Notes: generated by a model from the sequence alone, not told the origin. Shown: positions 20,179-30,360, counted from the first letter of the stretch. The stretch: 64,000 nt of DNA from an uncultured delta proteobacterium (GCA_963808235.1 CAWEEQ010000004.1:2912001-2976000), one strand, 5' to 3'. A program made the numbers and translations.

Positions 20179-22147
20179 ATGAATCCCGAAACGGTACCCA
20201 ATTCCTCCGACATAACACCCGGCTTCGGCGGGCTTCGCGTGGTCGCATTCGAGAGCCGGATGGCTACCGAAGTTGCGACCATGATCGAGCGCCGCGGCGG
20301 TATCGCGATCGTCGCGCCTGCGATGCGCGAGGTGCCGCTCGAGGACAACCACGCCGCGCTCGACTTCGCCGCTCGCCTGCTCGCGGGCGAATTCGACGCA
20401 GTCGTGTTCATGACCGGCGTCGGCACGCGTGCGCTGTTCCAGGCGATTGAAACGCGTCATCAGCGCGCCGCGATCGTGCGCCGCACTCGCGCGCCTCATC
20501 ACGGTTGCGCGCGGACCCAAACCGATTCGCGCGCTCCGCGATCTCGGCGTCGAGCCCTCGATAGTCGTGCCGGAACCGAATACATGGCGCGAGGTGCTGA
20601 ACGCGCTCGCATCGCAGGTTGATCTCAAGGGCAAGCGCGTCGCGGTGCAGGAATATGGCGTCTCCAATCATGAGCTGACCGCGGGACTCGAAGCGCGCGG
20701 CGCTCGCGTCACGATCGTGCCGGTGTATCGATGGACTTTGCCGGTTGACCGCGCGCCGCTGCGTGCGGCGATGAACGCAATCGCGTCGGGCAACGCCGAT
20801 GTCGCGATCTTCACCAGCTCCAACCAGGTCACCAACGTCATCCAACTGGCGGAAGCCGAAGGTATCGGCGCCGAGGTGAAGCGCGGATTCTCGCGCATCG
20901 CGGTCGGCTCGATCGGTCCGGTCTGCTCGGAGCAGATTCGCGCGTACGGGCTCACCGTGGACTTCGAGCCGGAGCACTCGAAGCTCGGCCATCTTGTGAA
21001 GGAGGCCGCGTCCGAGGCGCCTCGGATTCTTGCCGCGAAGCGCGATCGGAAAGTTCAGATCGAAGTTGTCGGATCGCCGAAACAGTCGCGCGCTGCGATC
21101 GCGATCCCCGAGCGTTCTCTGCTCGCCGATCATGCGATGATGAAAGCGTGCCGGCGCGAGGTAACCACCTACACGCCGATCTGGCTGATGCGCCAGGCGG
21201 GCCGTTATATGCCCGAGTATCGGCGCGTTCGCGAGCGTCACGGCTTTATCGAGATGTGCCGGCGTCCGGAGCTCGCTGCCGAAGTCACCATCACCGCCGT
21301 CGAGCGGCTCAAGGTGGATGCCGCGATCATTTTCGCCGACATCCTGCTGCCGCTGATTCCGATGGAAGTCGGACTGCATTACGAAACCGGCGACGGTCCG
21401 GTGATCGATCGTCCGATACGCACCGCCGCCGATCTCGAACGTATCCCCGCGGTCGATCCCGCCGCGCTCGGCTTCGTCGGCGAATCAATCAAGCTGGTGC
21501 ACTCCGCGATCGGCGCGACGACTCCGCTGATCGGATTTGCCGGCGCGCCATTCACGCTCGCCTCGTACCTGATCGAGGGCGGCTCGTCGCGCCAGTATCA
21601 GACCACGAAGACTTTCATGTACACGCAGCCCGAGACGTGGCATCGCCTGATGGAGATGCTCGCGCGGACTACCGCCGACTATCTGAAGATGCAAATCGCC
21701 GCCGGCGCCGACATCGTGCAGATTTTCGATAGCTGGGTGGGCAGTCTCGGCCCCGACGATTACCGCCGCTTCGTGCTGCCGCATACGGCGTCTGTGATCG
21801 CCGCGATTCCGGCGAACGTTCCCGTCATTCACTTCGGCACCGTGACCGGCAATCTTCTCGAGTTGATGCGCGAGGCGGGCGGCGACGTGATCGGCCTTGA
21901 TTGGCGCGTCGATCTCGCCGACGCGTGGGCGCGCCTCCATTACGATGTCGCGGTGCAAGGCAACCTCGATCCGATCGCACTTTTCGCCGACGTTAGCGAA
22001 ATTCGATCGCGCGCGCGCGCGATTCTCGACCAGGCAGCCGGCCGCCCCGGCCACATCTTCAACCTGGGACACGGAATCCTTCCCGAGACGCCGGTCGATC
22101 ATGTCATTGCACTCGTCGATGCGGTCCATGAAATGAGTCAACGATAG
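20179..22147 (+). CDS. hemE: Fused uroporphyrinogen-III synthase (HemD) - uroporphyrinogen decarboxylase (HemE), apparent frameshift near 20478
   Basis: HemD motifs (VARGPK, VYRW, FTSS, SIGPVC) are in one frame with HemE motifs (PIWLMRQAGRYMPEY, IIFADIL, QGNLDP, IFNLGHG). Confidence 0.9.
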
Positions 22148-22166
22148 TCATGAGTCAACGATAGTC
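22133..22166 (+). repeat. 17-bp tandem duplication ATGAGTCAACGATAGTC x2
   Basis: Exact duplication spanning the hemE stop codon. Confidence 0.9.
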
Positions 22167-22183
22167 GTCTCGACGATCTGTTC

Positions 22184-23108
22184 ATGAGCGCGAAGGCAAA
22201 GTGCGATTCGGTCTTGATGGTCGGATTCGGCGGACCGACGCGCCCAGATGAAGTGCGGCCGTTTCTCGATAACGTGCTGCGCGGACGCCCGGTGCCGCGC
22301 GAGCGCTACGAAGCCGTCGTGCATCACTACGAACTGCTCGGCGGCAAGTCACCCTACAATGAATTGACGATGCGCCAGGCGGATGCGTTGCGCATCGAGC
22401 TCGCCAGAAAAAATACAAACGTGCCGGTCGCAGTCGGGATGCGCAACTGGAATCCGTATGTCGCCGACTCGATGCGCGCACTCGCTAAGAACGGTGCTCG
22501 ACGCGTGCTCGCATTTATCCTCGCGGCCCATCGATGCGAAGCAAGCTGGGAGCGTTACCAGCAAACCGTGCACGACGCTCAGACCAACACCGGCGAGTCG
22601 GAAATCGAAGTCGTGTATCCGGAGCCGTGGCACGACCATCCCCTATTCATCAAGGCGGTCGCTTCGCGCACCCGCGAGGCCCTCGCATCGTCTCGACGCC
22701 AGTGCGCGGTCGCGCGCGATTCTCATCTTCACCGCGCACAGTATTCCGGTCGCGATGGCCGAGGCGAGTCGGTACGTCGAGCAACTTACCGAGTCGGCAC
22801 GGATGGTTGCGTCCGATCTCGGCGTTAGCGCGTGGCAGTTTGCGTATCAGAGCCGCAGCGGCAGTCCGCGCGACCAATGGCTCGAACCCGGCATCAACCA
22901 AACGATTCGCGATCTCGACGCCAATGTCGCGGTCGTCGTGCCGATCGGTTTTCTGTGCGATCACGTCGAGGTCCTGTACGATCTGGATATCGAAGCGGCG
23001 CAAATCGCGCGCGAAGCAGGAATCCGCTTTGAGCGCGCACCGACCGTCGGCGATCATCCGTTGTTCGTCGAAATGATGGCGTCGATAGTCCGCGGCCACG
23101 TCTGCTGA
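22184..23108 (+). CDS. hemH: Ferrochelatase, apparent frameshift near 22688
   Basis: FGGP, GGKSP, GMRNWNPY in the first frame; FTAHSIP, YQSRSG, WLEP, PIGFLCDHVEVLYDLD in the second. Confidence 0.9.
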
Positions 23109-23219
23109 GAGTCCGTGAGTTTTTCAAAAGTCTTTGTGTCACCCTAGAGCGCAGCGAAAGCCTGTCCTGAGCTCTGTCGATCGGAATCCCGGATCGATCT
23201 CGGCGAATGGAAAAACCCA

Positions 23220-23243
23220 GTGGCACGGGCGTCCCTGCCCGTG
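23220..23243 (+). repeat. Single GTGG/GTAG-type REP hairpin
   Basis: GTGG-CACGGGC-GTCCCT-GCCCGTG: tetranucleotide foot plus 7-bp stem. Confidence 0.55.
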
Positions 23244-23618
23244 GATCGATGCGCGAGCTTCCTGCTCGCGCCACCACCCTTTCTAGGAGACTTCTTGCAT
23301 AACTGGCTGTTGGGAATTGCTTATCCTACTGGCGCGCCTCTTTTTTGTGTCATTCTAGAGCGAAGCGAAGAATCCCGGTCTTTCTTTTCTCCCCCTCCGT
23401 CATCCCCCGTCCGTCATCTTGAGCGGAGGCTGCCGGAGTAAAATGCTCGGAGCCTGCCCTGAGTATTCTCGAAGGGCGAAGCGATGCTCTTTCTTTTTTC
23501 TTTGTGCCTTCTCCTTGTGTCATTCTAGAGCGAAGCGAAGAATCCCGGCTCCAATTTCTGCGATCTAGTCTTTGTGTCATTCTAGAGCGAAGCGAAGAAT
23601 CCCGGATCCGAAAGCTCG

Positions 23619-23918
23619 ATGCGGAAAACAGCTCACAGCAAGAACTACTACGTTTACATAATGAGCAGCCTGTCGCGTACTCTCTACACCGGGGTAACCA
23701 ATGACCTCGAGCGACGTGTGAACGAACATAGGAGTGGCGCAATACCTGGATTCACCAGACGCTACAAAATCGACCGTCTAGTTTATTTTCAGGAAACCAA
23801 CGACATCGGCGAGGCAATCGCTGCGGAGAAACAGATCAAAGGCTTGCTGCGGCCAAAAAAGATAGCGCTGATCGAGGAGGAAAACCCGACTTGGCGCGAT
23901 TTGAGTGCTGAGCCGTAA
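23619..23918 (+). CDS. Stand-alone GIY-YIG nuclease family protein
   Basis: YYVYIM...LYTGVTNDLERRVNEH...GFTRRY...LVY...AIAAEKQIK...KKIALIEEENPTWRDL. Confidence 0.92.
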   Translation: MRKTAHSKNYYVYIMSSLSRTLYTGVTNDLERRVNEHRSGAIPGFTRRYKIDRLVYFQETNDIGEAIAAEKQIKGLLRPKKIALIEEENPTWRDLSAEP

Positions 23919-24369
23919 CAAAAAACCGGGATTCTTCGCTTCGCTCTAGAATGACACAAAACTCAGAAGACAAACGGACTCAGGATCTCTGAGCAGAGTC
24001 CGATTCTTGTGTCATTCTAAGGCCAAGCGAAAGCCTGCCCTGAGCCCTGTCGGAGGGAATCCCGGATCCAATTTCTGCGATCTAATCTTTGTGTCATTCT
24101 AGAGCGAAGCGAAGAATCCCGGATCCAATTTCTGCGATCTAATTCTTTGCGTCATTACTAAGGCCAAGCGAAAGCCTGCCCTGAGTCCTGTCGACGGGAA
24201 TCCCGGATCTAATTTCTGCGATCTAATCTTTGTGTCATTCTAGAGCGAAGCGAAGAATCCCGGCTCCAAGCTCTGCGATCTTTGTGTCATTCTAGAGCGA
24301 AGCGAAGAATCCGGATCCGGAAGCTCGATGCGGAAAACAACCCGTAAGCGCTTCGCATGAGCGCTTCAA

Positions 24370-25797
24370 GTGACCTCCAACCCGAACATCAAGCTCGTCG
24401 CGATAATCGGCGCGGGAATCACGGGCCTGAGCGCGGCGTATCGACTGCGCGAACTCGCCGCTGCGCACGAACGCCCGCTCGAAGTGATCGTGCTCGAGCG
24501 CGGCGCGCATTTCGGCGGCCCGCTTGAAACAATTCGCCGCGACGGGTTCGTTATAGAGACTGGCGCCGACTCATTCCTCTCCGAAAAACCCTGGGCCGCC
24601 GATCTCGCGCGCCGACTCGGCATCGGGATCGAACTGATTCCGACCCGCGACGTTTACCGCAAGACGTTCGTCGTTCGCGCCGGGAAACTGGTAGAGATCC
24701 CCGCGGGATTTTCGCTGCTCGCGCCGGCGCATCTCGGCCCTGTTTTCAAAAGTCCACTCTTCTCGACGGCCGGCAAACTCCGCATCGCGCTTGAACCCTT
24801 GATCCCCGCGCGCGCGAGCGATTCCGACGAAAGCCTCGCATCATTTGTGACGCGAAGACTCGGGCGCGAGGTACTCGATCGCGTCGCGCAGGCGCTGGCC
24901 GGCGGAATCTACACCGCCGATCCTGAGCGGCTCAGCATCGCGGCGACGATGCCGCGATTTGTCGAGATGGAACGCCGCTATGGGAGCGTCATCAAAGGAC
25001 TTCGCGCGGCCGAACAAACTCGCGCGTCGAAAAGCGCGGAGGTGAGCGGCGCAAGATGGAGCCTGTTCCAGAGCTTCAGCAATGGAATGGCGACCTTGCC
25101 GGAGACGCTGGTCACCAAGCTCGGCGGCGCGATTCGCAAAGCGGCGGAAGTCGTCGCGATTTCGCGCAGCGGCGAGCGATGGAGGCTCGCGATCGCGGGT
25201 GGAGACTCCATCGAGGCCGACGCTGTAGTCTGCGCGGCACCCGCATTCGCCGCTTCGCGCATTCTGTCGACGCTCGCTCCCAGAGCCGCCGAGCTGCTCG
25301 GCGCAATCAGCTATGCGTCCGCGGCGACGGTCAATTTGACTTTCCGCGAGAGCGACTTCGCGCGTCCGCCCGAGGCGTTCGGCTTCGTCGTGCCGGCGTG
25401 CGAGCATCGGCGCATCATCGCGGGCAGCTTCTCCAGCTTCAAGTTCGAAGGACGAGCACCCGCGGGCGCAATCCTCGCGCGCGCATTCGTCGGCGGCGTG
25501 ATGCAACAATCGATGATGCGACTTTCCGACGACGAAATCGTCGCCGCGGTGCGCGACGAGTTTCGCGCCCTGCTCGGCGTCGAGGCCGCCCCCGGAGCGG
25601 TCGAAGTCAGGCGATGGCCCGACTCGATGCCTCAGTACGAAGTCGGCCATCTCGATCGCGTCGCCGAGATCGAACGCCTCGTCGCCGCGCTTCCCGCATT
25701 CGCAATCGCGGGCGCGGCCTATCGCGGAGTTGGCGTACCCGACTGCGTTCGCAGCGGCGAGCAAGCCGCCGACGCGATCTTTGCCGCAACACAATGA
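24370..25797 (+). CDS. hemY: Protoporphyrinogen/coproporphyrinogen oxidase (HemY-type, often annotated hemG)
   Basis: IIGAGITGL FAD motif, ETGADSF, GIYTADP, MPQYEVGH, GVGVPDCV. Confidence 0.92.
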   Translation: MTSNPNIKLVAIIGAGITGLSAAYRLRELAAAHERPLEVIVLERGAHFGGPLETIRRDGFVIETGADSFLSEKPWAADLARRLGIGIELIPTRDVYRKTFVVRAGKLVEIPAGFSLLAPAHLGPVFKSPLFSTAGKLRIALEPLIPARASDSDESLASFVTRRLGREVLDRVAQALAGGIYTADPERLSIAATMPRFVEMERRYGSVIKGLRAAEQTRASKSAEVSGARWSLFQSFSNGMATLPETLVTKLGGAIRKAAEVVAISRSGERWRLAIAGGDSIEADAVVCAAPAFAASRILSTLAPRAAELLGAISYASAATVNLTFRESDFARPPEAFGFVVPACEHRRIIAGSFSSFKFEGRAPAGAILARAFVGGVMQQSMMRLSDDEIVAAVRDEFRALLGVEAAPGAVEVRRWPDSMPQYEVGHLDRVAEIERLVAALPAFAIAGAAYRGVGVPDCVRSGEQAADAIFAATQ

Positions 25798-27030
25798 CTA
25801 TCGAAACCACCGCGCACTGGCCGCGCATCATCGCGCATGCCGACATGGACGCGTTCTACGCCTCGGTCGAGGAGCTGGATAATCCTGCGATTGCGCGGAC
25901 TCCCTGTCATCGTCGGCGGCAGCAGCGCGCGCGGCGTCGTCACCTCGGCGTCGTATGCGGCGCGCAAATTTGGCGTGCGCTCCGCGATGCCGACCGCGCA
26001 GGCGCGCAAACTCTGTCCCGACGCTGTTTTCGTGCCCGGGCGGATGTCGCGCTACATCGAAATCTCGCGCATCGTTCGCCGCGTGTTCGAAAGCTTCAGC
26101 CCGGTCGTCGAACCGCTCTCGCTCGACGAGGCCTTTATCGATCTGACCGGCACCGAGCGCCTGCTCGGACCGCCACTCGACGCCGCGCGCGACCTGAAAG
26201 CGCGCGTGCTCGAGGAAACCGGCCTGGTCGTGTCGGTAGGTATCGCGCCAACCAAGATGGCGGCGAAAATACTCAGCGACTTGTCGAAGCCTGATGGGCT
26301 GCTCTGCGTCGGGCCGGAACATCTGCGCGATGTGCTCACGCCGCTGCCCGTCGAGCGGCTGTGGGGCGTCGGCCGCGTAACACTCGTACGCATGCACGAC
26401 GCGGGGATCAAGACGATCGGCGATCTTGCGATGCGCGACGTCGGCGCGCTGAAGGGCCTCTTTGGCAGCATGGGTCCGCATCTGCACGAGCTGGCGTCGG
26501 GCCACGACTCGCGCTCGGTAATCGCCGACTGGCAGCGCAAGTCGTACGGTGAGGAAAATACTTTCGCGCACGATCATGCGCTCGATTCGCTCGAACTCCG
26601 CCGCATACTGATCGCGCACGGCGACGCGATCGCGCGGCGTTTGCGCGCCGACGGAGTGCGCGCCCGCACCGTGACTCTGAAAGTCAAACTCGCGCGTCCG
26701 CTCGGCGGCGGCCGCTATCCGCTGATCACGCGCAGCTACTCGCTCGAAAAACCAACCAACGACGGCCCGGAAATTTCAAGCGTAGCAATTCGACTATTGA
26801 AAAAAATTCGCGAGAAAGAAAAAATTCGCCTCGCCGGCGTGCAGGTGCATCAACTCGAACGCGCCAACGACGCGCAACTCGGATTGTTCGAGTCCGCCCC
26901 CGTCGACGACCGCAAACGCGACCGCCTCAATCGCGCGCTAGACAGCGTCGCAAAAAAGTTCGGCGAAGACGCAGTCACCCGCGGCCTCGCCCGCGCCGAA
27001 AAAGCCGCCCCCACCACGCGAATCAAGTGA
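25794..27030 (+). CDS. dinB: DNA polymerase IV, apparent frameshift near 25890
   Basis: IAHADMDAFYASVE, then SYAARKFGVRSAM, SLDEAF, KPDG, LWGVG. Confidence 0.92.
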
Positions 27031-27100
27031 CCTGAGCATGATCGCGGACGAACCAATCGCAGCCTGATAAGCAGACGTGCGTTTCATCTGGTCGCAGCAC

Positions 27101-27228
27101 CCGAAGCTCGCGCCGCGAGCGCAGAAGATGGAACTCGGACAGCTTCGCGCAGCCGGCATACTGTCATCCTGACCGAAGCTCGCGGCACGCGAGCGCAGGA
27201 GAAGGATCTCGGACAGCTTCGCGCCAGC
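27101..27228 (+). repeat. Degenerate tandem pair of TGTCA-type palindromic repeats
   Basis: CCGAAGCTCGCG..CGCGAGCGCAG..GA.CTCGGACAGCTTCGCGC occurs twice (27101-27153, 27173-27228); the second copy starts TGTCATCCTGA at 27162. Confidence 0.75.
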
Positions 27229-27392
27229 GAAGCCGGTACCGGTTTTGGGATCGCGAAGCGGTCCTTGCTTATGGAGTCTGTAAGCCTCCGCCATTCTTTT
27301 TGGATGCAGCGTCGCGAAACCGGAACCGGCGGGCGCATCAAATGATTGGCGCAAGATCGCGGCGACAAATCGCGGCACCCTGACGACTCCGA

Positions 27393-27770
27393 CTAGCGAA
27401 GCGTTCCGCGAGTGCCGGGGTTCCGATTGAGCCTCCATATCGTCCAGCCTAGCCCTAGGCCAATACCTGCGCAGTAACTCCACATAGCTAGCGAATATTG
27501 ACGAGGATAAGATGAGTATATCGAGGTCGCGTCAAAGTGCCATTTCAGGAAATACGGATATCCATAACCGTATGATAGGACGATGACAGGACTCGCGAAC
27601 AATAGCACTCTCTGAACCATCCGCCATCGAGAGTCACGCAGAGAATACTGACGTAATTTTTTTGCGGCTCCCACCAGAGGTAGGATAACGAGCCCCTGCA
27701 GTAACCCCAGCAACCATGACCAAGCTGTGAGCGGTTCCAGCAGTGACGCAAGGTGCTGAATTATCGGCAT
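27393..27770 (-). CDS. Hypothetical membrane protein (AT-richer than host)
   Basis: 125-aa ORF with three hydrophobic segments. Confidence 0.5.
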   Translation of the reverse strand: MPIIQHLASLLEPLTAWSWLLGLLQGLVILPLVGAAKKLRQYSLRDSRWRMVQRVLLFASPVIVLSYGYGYPYFLKWHFDATSIYSSYPRQYSLAMWSYCAGIGLGLGWTIWRLNRNPGTRGTLR

Positions 27771-27795
27771 CGTACCTTGAAGTGCGGGTTCGCGA

Positions 27796-28362
27796 TCAAG
27801 TTTTAGAATGCTCAGGCTTGGCCTCCGCCATCCCCGTTGGTAGGCCGTCGATGCTGCGCAGGTTGTGAGCCTGCTGGTACTTTTCCTTTTTTTCTTCGCC
27901 GCGTGTCGTCCAGTATTTTTCGAGCGTGTCGCGTGCTGTCATCTCGCCCATCTTGGGCACGCCGTAACCGCATGAGGTCATCGCCGATTCGACGCAGATC
28001 TCCATAATCTGGCGCACTCCCGGGAGTTTCGTGAAGTGCGCGATCAGTTCTGGCCATCGCGCATCTGTAGGACGAACTACCGCGCCGCGTCCGTAGATGC
28101 GCGCGATCGAAGCGTTCTGGTCGAACGAGCAGAACATGATCGTGATGCGGCCGTCGTGCAGTAGATGCGCCGCGGTTTCGTTGCCGCTGCCGGTCAAATC
28201 CAGGTAGGCGACGCGCTTTTCATCGAGCACCCGGAAGGTGTCCATCCCCTTCGGCGACAGGTTGATTCGCGCTCCCGGCGCCGCCGTCGCGACGAAGAAT
28301 ACCGGCTGCGCGCGTATGAAGGTCGCGAGTTCCGGAGTCATCGTGTCGAAGAAGTTGGACAT
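27796..28362 (-). CDS. Pyridoxamine 5'-phosphate oxidase-like FMN-binding protein
   Basis: FFVATA, INLSPKG, YLDLTGSGNETAAH, TSCGYGVP. Confidence 0.88.
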   Translation of the reverse strand: MSNFFDTMTPELATFIRAQPVFFVATAAPGARINLSPKGMDTFRVLDEKRVAYLDLTGSGNETAAHLLHDGRITIMFCSFDQNASIARIYGRGAVVRPTDARWPELIAHFTKLPGVRQIMEICVESAMTSCGYGVPKMGEMTARDTLEKYWTTRGEEKKEKYQQAHNLRSIDGLPTGMAEAKPEHSKT

Positions 28363-28388
28363 GCGCACTTTCCTCTTGCAAAGATTGC

Positions 28389-28402
28389 TTAACTATAGTT
28401 AA
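28389..28402. promoter_or_regulatory. Perfect palindrome TTAACTATAGTTAA, likely MarR operator in a divergent promoter
   Basis: 14-bp perfect palindrome between the divergent PNPOx-like and MarR genes. Confidence 0.65.
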
Positions 28403-28413
28403 TATCTTTCCTG

Positions 28414-28890
28414 ATGCAAGCAAATGGCCGCCGCGACCCGATCTTCCGCGCCATCGAAGCGATGACCGCGCTGGCGGAAATCTTCGAGCGCCGGCGCGAG
28501 GTGCTGGCTCGCGACGCCGGTATCACCATCGAGCAGTGGCGCGTGCTCGAGGAAATTTCGACTCAACATTTCATTCCCTCCATGTTCGCGAAGAGCCGCG
28601 ACAGCTCGGCCGCCGCGGTCTCGAAAATCCTGCGCCAACTCCTTGATACCGGACTGGTTTCCGCCGCGATAGGTAGCACCGACCGCAGAAACCGGCATTA
28701 CAAATTGACCGCCAAAGGACTTCGAACGCTCAGCGAGCTGCGCAGTGCGCGCGAGAAGGCGATCGAGGCCATCTGGACCGGATTTTCGCGCGACGAGCTG
28801 GCCGCATTCAGCAATTTCGCATCGACACTGTCAGATCGGATCGAGCACTATTCGCGCGCCAAGACTGCGCACCGCGCAGCGGCAACCTGA
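28414..28890 (+). CDS. MarR family transcriptional regulator
   Basis: ITIEQWRVL, AAVSKILRQL...GLV, DRR...LTAKG. Confidence 0.85.
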   Translation: MQANGRRDPIFRAIEAMTALAEIFERRREVLARDAGITIEQWRVLEEISTQHFIPSMFAKSRDSSAAAVSKILRQLLDTGLVSAAIGSTDRRNRHYKLTAKGLRTLSELRSAREKAIEAIWTGFSRDELAAFSNFASTLSDRIEHYSRAKTAHRAAAT

Positions 28891-28950
28891 GCCGGGTTTC
28901 CAGTTCGCCGCCGGTTTTACTAATTACTGACTATCGGGAGTTGAAACGCG

Positions 28951-30360
28951 ATGGCCGCAAAAACTTTGTTCGAAAAAATCTGGGAGGAGCATGTGGTTCA
29001 CGAGGAGCCGCATCATCCGTCCTTGCTCTACATCGACCTGCACCTGATTCACGAGGTCACCTCGCCGCAGGCGTTCGCGGGCCTGCGAGATTCGGGGCGC
29101 AAGATTCGCGCGCCGCATCGGACTTTCGCGACCATGGATCACAACGTCCCGACCACCGATCGAAGCAAGCCGATCACAGACCCCGACTCGAAACTTCAGG
29201 TCGAGACGCTGCGCCGCAACTGCGAAGACTTCGGCGTGAAGCTCTACGATCTCGGCTCGCGAGAGCAGGGAATTATCCACGTGATCGGCCCCGAGCTCGG
29301 ATTGACGCAGCCGGGGATGACGATCGTGTGCGGCGACAGCCACACCGCGACTCACGGCGCATTCGGCGCGCTCGCGTTTGGAATCGGCACCAGCGAAGTC
29401 GAGCACGTGCTCGCGACGCAGTGCCTATGGGAAGAGCGGCCGCAGACCTTTGAAATTCGCGTCGATGGAAAGCTTGGCGTGGGTGTCGGCGCGAAGGATC
29501 TGATCCTCGGCATCATCGGCAGGATCACCACCAACGGCGCGACCGGCCACGTGATCGAGTATCGCGGCTCGGCGATCGAGGCGCTCTCGATGGAAGAGCG
29601 GATGACTGTCTGCAACATGTCGATCGAAGCGGGCGCGCGCGCCGGGATGGTCGCGGCGGACAAGACAACTGTCAACTATCTGCGCGGACGCCGCTACGTC
29701 CCGCCTGGTGCGGATTTTGAGAAACTAGCCGCGCGATGGCTCCAATGCCGCAGCGACGACGGCGCGAAATTCGATCGCAGCGTCACCTTCGACGCCGCAT
29801 CGTTCGCGCCGCAAGTGACGTGGGGCACCAACCCCGGCATGGTCACCGACATCCGCGGAGTCGTGCCCAATCCCAGTGACATCGGCGACCCGGCGCAGCG
29901 TGGCACGGTCGAGCGCGCGCTCGATTACATGGCGCTTCGCCCCGGAACCCGAATCGAAGACATCAAAATCGATCGCGTTTTTATCGGCTCGTGCACCAAT
30001 TCGAGACTCACCGATCTGAAAGTCGCGGCAGGCATCGTCAAGGGCAAGCATGTCGCGGCGAGCGTGCACGCGATGGTCGTGCCGGGATCACAGGAGGTTA
30101 AGCTCGAGGCGGAGAGCCTCGGCCTTGATCGCATTTTCACCGAGGCTGGGTTCGAGTGGCGCGAGTCCGGATGCAGCATGTGTCTCGCGATGAATCCCGA
30201 CGTACTTGCGCCGGGCGAGCGATGCGCGAGCACCTCGAATCGCAACTTCGAGGGACGCCAGGGCAAGGGCGGGCGCACGCATCTGGTGAGTCCCGCGATG
30301 GCGGCGGCAGCGGCGATCGCCGGGCATTTCGTGGACGTGCGCGACTGGGCAAAGAATTAA
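28951..30360 (+). CDS. leuC: 3-isopropylmalate dehydratase large subunit
   Basis: [50 protein letters not shown]. Confidence 0.97.
   Translation: MAAKTLFEKIWEEHVVHEEPHHPSLLYIDLHLIHEVTSPQAFAGLRDSGRKIRAPHRTFATMDHNVPTTDRSKPITDPDSKLQVETLRRNCEDFGVKLYDLGSREQGIIHVIGPELGLTQPGMTIVCGDSHTATHGAFGALAFGIGTSEVEHVLATQCLWEERPQTFEIRVDGKLGVGVGAKDLILGIIGRITTNGATGHVIEYRGSAIEALSMEERMTVCNMSIEAGARAGMVAADKTTVNYLRGRRYVPPGADFEKLAARWLQCRSDDGAKFDRSVTFDAASFAPQVTWGTNPGMVTDIRGVVPNPSDIGDPAQRGTVERALDYMALRPGTRIEDIKIDRVFIGSCTNSRLTDLKVAAGIVKGKHVAASVHAMVVPGSQEVKLEAESLGLDRIFTEAGFEWRESGCSMCLAMNPDVLAPGERCASTSNRNFEGRQGKGGRTHLVSPAMAAAAAIAGHFVDVRDWAKN

Larger units (their letters stand above)
23134..24339. repeat. Array of palindromic REP-like units surrounding a GIY-YIG nuclease gene
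   Basis: Short unit TTGTGTCATTCTAGAGCGAAGCGAAGAATCCCGG at 23345, 23515, 23572, 24089, 24230 and 24282 (last has a 1-nt deletion), inverted at 23926-23959. Long variant at 23134, 24007 and 24147. Confidence 0.95.

Noticed and set aside
23220-23742. ORFs 23220-23441, 23350-23742 and 23504-23704
   Set aside because: They are translations of the repeats (CVILERSEES, RDSSLRSRMT) and are not credible proteins.
23345-24314. CRISPR array interpretation of the 34-bp repeats
   Set aside because: The intervening sequences are near-constant linkers rather than unique spacers, spacing is irregular, one copy is inverted, and no cas genes are in the window.
20470-25900. Programmed frameshifting or phase variation in hemD-hemE, hemH and dinB
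   Set aside because: No shared slippery sequence or long homopolymer at the break points, and the same kind of indel is scattered over unrelated genes, so sequence error is more likely.
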